Origin: an uncultured Pelagibacteraceae bacterium
Lineage (GTDB): Bacteria; Pseudomonadota; Alphaproteobacteria; Pelagibacterales; Pelagibacteraceae
Length of the DNA: 64,000 nt
Direction: 5' to 3'
NCBI GenBank assembly: GCA_902564385.1
Contig: CACFAT010000003.1
Coordinates: 34,039-98,038, forward strand
Shown: piece by piece, positions 57,041 through 64,000 of the stretch
How the letters are laid out: each line of letters opens with the position of its first letter
Position numbering within the stretch: the first letter of the stretch is position 1
Notes under the pieces: generated by a model
What the model saw: only the letters and a program-made list of their open reading frames with translations
Told to the model about the DNA's origin: nothing
Database searches by the model: none
Translations under genes and position numbers: made by a program

Positions 57041-58093
57041 CTAAATTTTAGGTTCTTGTTGGGTCATGCAATGTATTGCACCAAATCCCCATATCAATTT
57101 GCTACAGTCAACTGTTTCGATTTTTCTATTTCTAAAGTAATTTTTGAAAATTTTAATTGCAATATTGTCTTCTTTTACTCTGAATATTGGAAGAATTATT
57201 TTTTTATTACAAATATAAAAATTCATATAACTTGCAGGAACTCTTGTATTCTCAATATAAATTGGTGAAGGCATAGGAACTTTTATAATTTTGAATTTCT
57301 TTCCTTTCTCACATTTACTTTCTTTCAATATATTTAAATTCTTATTTAGGTTTTTATAATTTATATCTTTTTTATTATTTTCAACCGCAGTCATAATCGT
57401 ATTTCTTGAAACAAATCTTGTTATGTCATCAACATGTCCATGTGTATCATCGCCTGCAATTCCTTTTTTAAGCCATATAAAGTTTTTTATATTTAAGTAT
57501 TTATTAAACATTTTTTCGTAGTCCTGCTTTTTAAAATTTTTATTTCTTTCTTGAATTTTGCTTAACAAACATTCTTCAGTTAATAGAATTGTACCTGAGC
57601 CATTTACATCAAACGCCCCTCCTTCCATGATTATTTTTCTAATTCTGCCTTTTTTTTTGATTATTGGATCAATCTTTTTAAAATTAGCAATTTTACTAAT
57701 ACTATTATTGATTTTATTGTCATTTTTATAATTATTATACTTTGACCATGCGTTAAAACCAAAATTTAGTATTACTTTTTTCTTTTCAACTTTATTTGTT
57801 ATAAATATGGGTCCAGAATCTCTTAACCATATTCTATCAGTTTTAATATAGTGGAAGTTGATATTTTTAATTTTATTAAGTTTTATTAATTTTTTTATAT
57901 TTTTTATATTTTTGCTTACGATTAAGTTAACTTTCTGATTTTTTGAAATTTTTTTTATAATATTTAAAATTACTTCAGGAATAAATTGATATAATCCAGG
58001 CCAATCATTTTTATTATAAGGCCAAGCAATCCAAACTGAATTTTGAGGCTCCCATTCAGCCGGCATTCTAAATCCATTAAAGTTTTCATTCAT
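57041..58093 (-). CDS. aguA: Agmatine deiminase family protein
   Basis: RMPAEWEP, WLRDSGP, MEGGA, DDTHGHVDD, ASYMNFY, GAIHCMTQQEP (catalytic Asp/His/Cys intact). Confidence 0.93.
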   Translation of the reverse strand: MNENFNGFRMPAEWEPQNSVWIAWPYNKNDWPGLYQFIPEVILNIIKKISKNQKVNLIVSKNIKNIKKLIKLNKIKNINFHYIKTDRIWLRDSGPIFITNKVEKKKVILNFGFNAWSKYNNYKNDNKINNSISKIANFKKIDPIIKKKGRIRKIIMEGGAFDVNGSGTILLTEECLLSKIQERNKNFKKQDYEKMFNKYLNIKNFIWLKKGIAGDDTHGHVDDITRFVSRNTIMTAVENNKKDINYKNLNKNLNILKESKCEKGKKFKIIKVPMPSPIYIENTRVPASYMNFYICNKKIILPIFRVKEDNIAIKIFKNYFRNRKIETVDCSKLIWGFGAIHCMTQQEPKI

Positions 58094-58970
58094 CTGCAGG
58101 ATTTTTTAGTATTCCTTTATAAAAATCGATTCTTCTATCCCTTAAAAAAGGCCAATGCTCTCTGGCTGAATCAATTTTTTTATAGTTTATTTCACGAATT
58201 AAAATTTCTTCTTTTTTATTCCCAAGTTTTCCAATTATTTGCCCACTAGGATCTATAATCATTGAGTTTCCCCAGAATTCTATTTTTTTCTTACCTTTTT
58301 TTTCTGTTCCAACTCTATTTATAGCAACCACATAAGTACCATTTGCGATTGCGTGAGATTTTTGTATTGTTATCCAAGAGTCTAGTTGAGATTTTCCAAA
58401 TTTCTTTTTCTCTTTAGGATGCCATCCAATAGCAGTAGGGTAAAAAATTATTTGTGCACCTTTAAGTGCAGTCAATCTTGCAGCTTCCGGGAACCATTGA
58501 TCCCAACAAATTAAAGGTCCAATTTTACCAAATTTTGTTTTAACAGATTTAAAACCTAAATCTCCAGGAGTAAAATAAAATTTTTCATAATAACCAGGAT
58601 CATCTGGTATATGCATTTTTCTATATTTCGATAAAATTTTACCTTTCTCGCTAATAACGATACTAGTATTATGATAGAAACCATGTGTTTTTTTTTCAAA
58701 TAATGAAATCATTAATACTATTTGTAAATTTTTGGCTAATTCACAAAATATTTTTGTAGTTCTACCAGGTATTTTTTCTGCTAGCTTAAAGTTGGAATGA
58801 CTTTCTGTTTGACAAAAATAATTTGATAAAAATAGTTCTGGCACACAAATTATTTTAGCTTTTTTTGATGCTGCTTTTTTTATATTTTTAATAGCTGAAT
58901 TTATATTTTTTTGAATATTATCTGAAATTTTGCTTTGAATAATTCCAATTTTTACTTTTTTGATCATCAA
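58086..58970 (-). CDS. aguB: N-carbamoylputrescine amidase-like nitrilase-superfamily hydrolase
   Basis: PELF (Glu), YRKMHIPDDPGYYEKFYFTPGD (Lys), ICWDQWFPEAAR (Cys), YPTAIGW, WPFLRDRR. Confidence 0.92.
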   Translation of the reverse strand: MMIKKVKIGIIQSKISDNIQKNINSAIKNIKKAASKKAKIICVPELFLSNYFCQTESHSNFKLAEKIPGRTTKIFCELAKNLQIVLMISLFEKKTHGFYHNTSIVISEKGKILSKYRKMHIPDDPGYYEKFYFTPGDLGFKSVKTKFGKIGPLICWDQWFPEAARLTALKGAQIIFYPTAIGWHPKEKKKFGKSQLDSWITIQKSHAIANGTYVVAINRVGTEKKGKKKIEFWGNSMIIDPSGQIIGKLGNKKEEILIREINYKKIDSAREHWPFLRDRRIDFYKGILKNPADE

Positions 58971-60011
58971 TCAAAATATTTTGGAAAAGTTTTTTCTGTC
59001 TCTATTTTTCCACTCTCCAGTATGATAGGCGTCACTTGCTATTAATGGTAAAACACTGGTAGCTTCAGCAAATACCATTTGTTCTTTGGTAGTATCAACC
59101 TTACCCCATGAACTTGCTTCTTTTAATGTTGAACTACTGCAAGCTCCATCTCTTGAGTCAGCAACAGTAATTTGTATTGCATATTTGTGCATATCTACAT
59201 TTTTTCCCAAAAGTTCAGCACAAATTACCGTGTCTTGTATAAAGTTTTTAGGAACTCCACCACCAATCATAAATAATCCCGATCCTTTAGATTTAATTTT
59301 AATCTCTGTTAATTCTCTAAATTCTCTAATTGAGTCTATTGTAATATGATTTTTTGGATTTCTCTCTTGATGCATGACTAATCCAAAACCTGCACTTGAG
59401 TCTGTAAATGCAGGACAGAATATAGGTACATCGTTATCAAAAGCTGTTTCAATTAAAGAACCTTTCTTTTTAGAATTAGTTTTTAGATATTTGCCAATCT
59501 CTTTAATAAATTCTCTCGATGTGTAAGACTTCGGCTCAAGTTTGTCTGCTATTTCTCCTATTGTTTTATCACAAACCTGGAGCTCCTCTTCATCGATGTA
59601 AGTATCATAAATCCTATCTATATAATTGTCTCTAAGTTCATTATCATTTTGATATTGTGATCCTTGGTAATGTTTAAATCCAAGCGCTTCAAAAAAATCC
59701 ATATCTATTATAGATGCTCCAGTTGCTACAATTGCATCTACCATGTTGTATTTAACCATATCTCTATAAATATGCATACATCCAGCGGCAGAAGTAGACC
59801 CTGCAAGAGTTAAGAATATTGTACAATCTTTATCTTTAAGCATTTCATTATATATCTTGGATGCATTTGCAGTTTCTCTTGAAACAAAAGACATTTTTTC
59901 CATAGAAGATATAATTTTTCTAGAGTCAAAAGATGTAATATCAATATGCTCAACTTCTTTACTTAAAAAGTCTTTTTTTCTGTTATGATTAAGATTTTTT
60001 ATATCTGACAT
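58971..60011 (-). CDS. Deoxyhypusine synthase-like protein (candidate aminobutyl transferase)
   Basis: LAGSTSAAG, IDRIYD, PAFTDSS, GGGVPKNF, DGACSSSTLKEASSWGKV (catalytic Lys retained), AEATSVLPL. Confidence 0.92.
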   Translation of the reverse strand: MSDIKNLNHNRKKDFLSKEVEHIDITSFDSRKIISSMEKMSFVSRETANASKIYNEMLKDKDCTIFLTLAGSTSAAGCMHIYRDMVKYNMVDAIVATGASIIDMDFFEALGFKHYQGSQYQNDNELRDNYIDRIYDTYIDEEELQVCDKTIGEIADKLEPKSYTSREFIKEIGKYLKTNSKKKGSLIETAFDNDVPIFCPAFTDSSAGFGLVMHQERNPKNHITIDSIREFRELTEIKIKSKGSGLFMIGGGVPKNFIQDTVICAELLGKNVDMHKYAIQITVADSRDGACSSSTLKEASSWGKVDTTKEQMVFAEATSVLPLIASDAYHTGEWKNRDRKNFSKIF

Positions 60012-61189
60012 TATGCAACAAGAAACTCTTTATTTGTTTCTTTGTCATACATCGTCATTATTGGATCATCACATACTTCGTAAATACTATCAGAATAATA
60101 TCCATTAAATTGAGTTCTAAATGTCAATCCGTATGCTCCTAATTGACCTAATTCAATGTAATCACCTTCTTTAATATTATTAGGTAGAATAAAAGGTCCC
60201 TTCATATAATCCATGCTATCACATGTTGGTCCATAAAAATCAAATGAAGTCAATTTTTTTGATATAATTCTTCCACTTGTAATTATCCTTGATGGATAAA
60301 CTATATTAGGCACACCTGCATCAAATAAAGTTCCGTATGTTCCATCATTGATATATAGCTTTTGTTTTTTTCTTAAGTTTACTCTCACAATTGTCGAACC
60401 ACTTTCTGCAACAATTGCTCGACCTGGCTCACATATAATTTCTGGTTTTTTTTCTAATTTTAATTTATTTAATGAATTTTTTATTTCCTCAAAATAAGAG
60501 TCTAATGATTGAGGAACTAAGTCAGGATAGATTGTTGGAAATCCTCCACCTATATTTATAACATCTGGAACTATTTTTGTTTTTTTTATTATATATTTAA
60601 TTTCATTAATCCCTTTTGAATAGGATATTGGATGCATACATTGTGAACCCACATGAAAACTTAATCCTATTTTTTTTGCATACTGTTTTGTTAATCTATA
60701 AAGCCCTATTGCTTCAGAAGTTTGTGCGCCAAATTTTTTAGATAAATCTATTTCTGCGTGTTCATTAGAAACTGCAACTCTCACAAATAACTCTAAATCC
60801 TTAGCTTGATTAGTACTATTAAGAATTTTTATTAATTCATCTTTTGTATCTATTGAAAAAGTCTTAATATTATATTTGAAATATGCTTCGTTTATACTTT
60901 CCTTGCTTTTTACAGTATGCATGTAGGAGCATTTTGCATCTGGGCTAACACTTCTAATTGCCTCAACTTCTTTAATTGAAGCGATATCAAAATCATTAAT
61001 TCCGCTTTCCACGATAGTTCTTAATACTAATGGATGCGGGTTAGTTTTAACTGCATATAGGATTTTACCAGGAAATTTATTCTGAAAAAATTTAGAAGCT
61101 ATGTTTATAGAATCTCTTCTAATACAATAAACAGGTTCTGTTGGTTTCAGTTGGTTTACTAATTTATCAACTGATTTAAATTTTTGCAT
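60011..61189 (-). CDS. Alanine-racemase-fold PLP decarboxylase (ODC homologue, probably arginine decarboxylase)
   Basis: YAVKTNP (PLP Lys), FHVGSQ, GGGFP, EPGRAIVA, GPTCDSMD, GAYG. Confidence 0.9.
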   Translation of the reverse strand: MQKFKSVDKLVNQLKPTEPVYCIRRDSINIASKFFQNKFPGKILYAVKTNPHPLVLRTIVESGINDFDIASIKEVEAIRSVSPDAKCSYMHTVKSKESINEAYFKYNIKTFSIDTKDELIKILNSTNQAKDLELFVRVAVSNEHAEIDLSKKFGAQTSEAIGLYRLTKQYAKKIGLSFHVGSQCMHPISYSKGINEIKYIIKKTKIVPDVINIGGGFPTIYPDLVPQSLDSYFEEIKNSLNKLKLEKKPEIICEPGRAIVAESGSTIVRVNLRKKQKLYINDGTYGTLFDAGVPNIVYPSRIITSGRIISKKLTSFDFYGPTCDSMDYMKGPFILPNNIKEGDYIELGQLGAYGLTFRTQFNGYYSDSIYEVCDDPIMTMYDKETNKEFLVA

Positions 61190-61257
61190 TTAAAGCTCCA
61201 AAAAAAATTTAACAAAAAAAACCGGCATAACTGCTATGCAAGTTTATATAAAACGAG

Positions 61258-61286
61258 CATTTATGCTGAAAATGAGCCAATGTAAA
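61258..61286 (-). promoter_or_regulatory. Putative promoter of polyamine operon
   Basis: Minus strand TTTACA-17 nt-TAAATG. Confidence 0.4.
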
Positions 61287-61334
61287 GTAAAAATGTACCC
61301 TTGAAATAATTTAGAATGTTTCCATATAAGGTCC

Positions 61335-61898
61335 ATGCCAGAAGCAGAAGTATTAAAAAAAATAACAGAATTCGAGGATAAATCTCTACTTATAGTAGAT
61401 GATGACAACCCTTTTAGAGAAAGACTAGCTCGAGCAATGGAGAAAAAGGGCTTTTCTGTTTCACAAGCAGAGGGTGTAAAAATTGGAATAGAGTCTGTGA
61501 AATCAAAAAAACCTGCTTTCGCAGTTGTTGATTTGAGACTAAATGATGGAAACGGACTAGAAGTTGTAAAAGAAATCCAGAAAAATAACTCAGAGAGTAG
61601 AATAGTGATGCTTACTGGTTATGGAAATATACCAACTGCAGTTGCAGCCATTAAAGAGGGTGCAATTGATTATCTAGCTAAACCAGCAGATGCAGATGAC
61701 GTAGAAAAAGCACTTTTAGCTGATCCAAATAAAAAAGCTGCTCCACCAGAAAATCCAATGTCCGCTGATAGAGTAAAATGGGAACATATTCACAGAGTCT
61801 TTGAGCTATGTAACAGAAATGTATCTGAAACTGCAAGAAGACTTAAAATGCATCGAAGAACTCTTCAAAGAATTCTATCAAAAAGATCTCCAAGATAA
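61335..61898 (+). CDS. regA: RegA/PrrA/ActR-family redox response regulator
   Basis: LLIVDDD, VVDLRL, LTGYGNIPTAVAA, PMSADRVKWEHIHRV, NVSETARRLKMHRRTLQRILSKRSPR. Confidence 0.97.
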   Translation: MPEAEVLKKITEFEDKSLLIVDDDNPFRERLARAMEKKGFSVSQAEGVKIGIESVKSKKPAFAVVDLRLNDGNGLEVVKEIQKNNSESRIVMLTGYGNIPTAVAAIKEGAIDYLAKPADADDVEKALLADPNKKAAPPENPMSADRVKWEHIHRVFELCNRNVSETARRLKMHRRTLQRILSKRSPR

Positions 61899-61900
61899 TA

Positions 61901-62452
61901 CTAAATATATTTTCTAAATTTAATAATTTTATTAACTAAAGCTGTTAGTAATAATATCTTAAATAATTCAGCATAAAGAAATGGGTAAACACCAAATTCT
62001 AATATTGGTTTATCCCAACCGATTAAATTTCCAAGCCACAAAATACCCAAAATATATATTACTGATGTTGCTATTATAATTTTTAAAAAATTTAATATAT
62101 GGTTTTTATCGTATGTAAATATGCCTGCTATCAGACATGCAAATATAAAACCTATTAAATATCCCATTGTGGGACCAACAAAATAAGCTAATCCTATTCC
62201 TTTCTCTGGTGAGTTAGAAAATACCGGTAATCCCATAATTCCTTCTATCAAATAAAAAACTACCGAAAGTACCCCGACTTTATATCCAAAGGAAATTCCT
62301 AAAAACAAAACTATAAATGTTTGCATAGTCATAGGAACTGGATAAAAAGGTATTTTAATTTTTGCAGATATTGTCAATAAAATAGAACCTATTAATGCAA
62401 ATATTATGATTTTAATTATTTTATTATTAGAAATTGAATTTACTAATTCCAT
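61901..62452 (-). CDS. bioY: Biotin transporter BioY (solitary S component)
   Basis: PFYPVPMTMQT, GLPVFS, GPTMGYLIGF, GVYPFL. Confidence 0.93.
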   Translation of the reverse strand: MELVNSISNNKIIKIIIFALIGSILLTISAKIKIPFYPVPMTMQTFIVLFLGISFGYKVGVLSVVFYLIEGIMGLPVFSNSPEKGIGLAYFVGPTMGYLIGFIFACLIAGIFTYDKNHILNFLKIIIATSVIYILGILWLGNLIGWDKPILEFGVYPFLYAELFKILLLTALVNKIIKFRKYI

Positions 62453-62552
62453 TAGGTTTAAATTACTATTTTAATAAAGTTTAATCCACTAATATTTATT
62501 AACAGGATGTTTTATTCTTACTATAATACGTCAATTTATTATAAATTAAATT

Positions 62553-64000
62553 ATGGGTAAAATTAAAAAAACAGATCATTTCTATCTTATTGATGGGTCC
62601 GGATACATATTTAGAGCCTATTATGCATTGCCACCATTAACACGAAAAAGTGATGGTTTGCCAGTAGGAGCAGTAAGTGGATTTTGTAACATGCTGTTTA
62701 AATTATTAGAGGACTCTAAATCTAGCGAAAATTTAGAAAAACCAACTCATTTCGCAGTAATTTTTGACTCTGCAAGAAAGAATTTTCGAAACGAAATATA
62801 TTCAGATTATAAAGGAAATAGGTCTGATGCTCCCGATGATCTAATTCCACAATTCGATTATATTAGAAAGTCAGTATTAGCATTCAATTTACCCTCTATA
62901 GAAATGTTAAATTACGAGGCTGATGATTTGATAGCCACCTATGTAGAGCAAATATTAGACGAAGGTGCTAAGGTTACAATTGTATCATCTGACAAAGATT
63001 TAATGCAACTTTTCAAAAAAAAAGTTCGTATATACGATCCAATGAAGAATAAATTTATATCTAATGAAGATGTAATCAATAAATTTGGGGTTGGTCCAGA
63101 TAAAGTAATTGATGTTCAATCGCTGGCAGGGGATAGTACAGATAATGTACCTGGCGTTCCAGGTATTGGTGTAAAAACAGCGGCAGAATTAATTAAGGAG
63201 TATGGAAATTTAGAAAACCTTCTCAAAAACGCAAATAAAATAAAACAGAATAAAAGAAGAGAAACACTTTTAGAAAATAAAGATAAGGCTCTGGTAAGTA
63301 AAAAACTAGTCACATTAAAAAATGATGTTCCGGTGAAAGACAAATTAACTGACTTTGTTCTAAAAAAAGTAGACGTAGACAAGTTATACAATTTTTTGAG
63401 AGAAATGGAATTTAATAGGTTATTGAGTTCGGCAATTTCGACGTATGGTCAATCCAAATTTAGTGATGAAATAGAAGTCAAAAAAGAAACATCTAAAATA
63501 TCAAAAGATAAATATGTTTTGATAAAAAATTTATCTGAAATAAAAGATTGGATGCAAGAAGCCGAAGAAGCTGGTGAATTTTCTATTGATACTGAAACAG
63601 ATTCTCTTGACCCACATCAGGCAAATTTAGTTGGTATCTCAATTTCAAGCAAAATAGGTAAAGCTTGTTACATTCCAACAGGTCATATTGATAAAAATAA
63701 TCTAAATGAAAAAGATGTTTTGAGAATTTTAAAACCATATTTAGAGGATAAAAGTTTAAAAAAAATTGGGCAAAATATTAAATTCGATTACATAATATTT
63801 CATAAAAGGGATATAGATATTCAAAGCATGGAAGATACAATGTTGATGTCATATGTTTTAGATGCTGGGAAAAATAGACATAATATGGATACCCTTTCAG
63901 ATATTCATCTTGGTCACAAAACAATTAAATATAAAGATCTTGTTGGATCTGGAAAAAAAGAAATTAAATTCAGTCAAGTAGAATTAAATGTTGCAAAAGA
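62553..64000 (+). CDS. polA: DNA polymerase I (5' part; runs off the window)
   Basis: Manual translation MGKIKKTDHFYLIDGSGYIFRAYYALPPL..., EADDLIAT, SSDKDLMQL, LAGDSTDNVPGVPGIGVKTA, exonuclease motif IDTETDSLD. Confidence 0.97.
   Translation, partial: MGKIKKTDHFYLIDGSGYIFRAYYALPPLTRKSDGLPVGAVSGFCNMLFKLLEDSKSSENLEKPTHFAVIFDSARKNFRNEIYSDYKGNRSDAPDDLIPQFDYIRKSVLAFNLPSIEMLNYEADDLIATYVEQILDEGAKVTIVSSDKDLMQLFKKKVRIYDPMKNKFISNEDVINKFGVGPDKVIDVQSLAGDSTDNVPGVPGIGVKTAAELIKEYGNLENLLKNANKIKQNKRRETLLENKDKALVSKKLVTLKNDVPVKDKLTDFVLKKVDVDKLYNFLREMEFNRLLSSAISTYGQSKFSDEIEVKKETSKISKDKYVLIKNLSEIKDWMQEAEEAGEFSIDTETDSLDPHQANLVGISISSKIGKACYIPTGHIDKNNLNEKDVLRILKPYLEDKSLKKIGQNIKFDYIIFHKRDIDIQSMEDTMLMSYVLDAGKNRHNMDTLSDIHLGHKTIKYKDLVGSGKKEIKFSQVELNVAK

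Noticed and set aside
61209-61280. Possible leader peptides upstream of the decarboxylase (MLVLYKLA; TTG-started 23-mer)
   Set aside because: No Arg or other sensing codons, no SD, and both starts overlap or precede the predicted promoter.

Overview
This is a very AT-rich, densely packed stretch of core chromosome with almost no intergenic DNA and many overlapping stop/start codons. Gene content and protein sequences (DmdA, class I LysRS, ffh leader RNA, SAM-II riboswitch) point to a SAR11/Pelagibacterales alphaproteobacterium. In order it holds: ggt (partial), an MFS/DMT/hydrolase cluster, ftsY-dapF, ffh-rpsP-trmD-rplS-leuCDB, the DMSP demethylation genes dmdC-dmdB-dmdA, asd, sdhCDAB-mmsA-mdh-sucCDAB-lpd, priA, atpHAGDC, rplU-rpmA-obgE-proBA-nadD-rsfS-ctpA-rppH, metXW-gloB, hisC-tyrA, trkH-ampG-nlpC, lysS-pyrD, rpmB-yhhQ, a four-gene polyamine operon, regA, bioY and polA (partial). 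I saw no tRNA, rRNA, CRISPR array or mobile element. The best leads are: (1) an operon of an ODC-fold decarboxylase, a deoxyhypusine-synthase-like enzyme, AguB and AguA, suggesting a urea-free homospermidine pathway with a structured leader; (2) SdhC and SdhD that have both lost the heme b axial histidines while keeping the quinone site, suggesting a heme-free complex II; (3) switch-like alternative folds in the metX SAM-II leader and the ffh leader. All calls come from reading motifs by eye; no database search was run.
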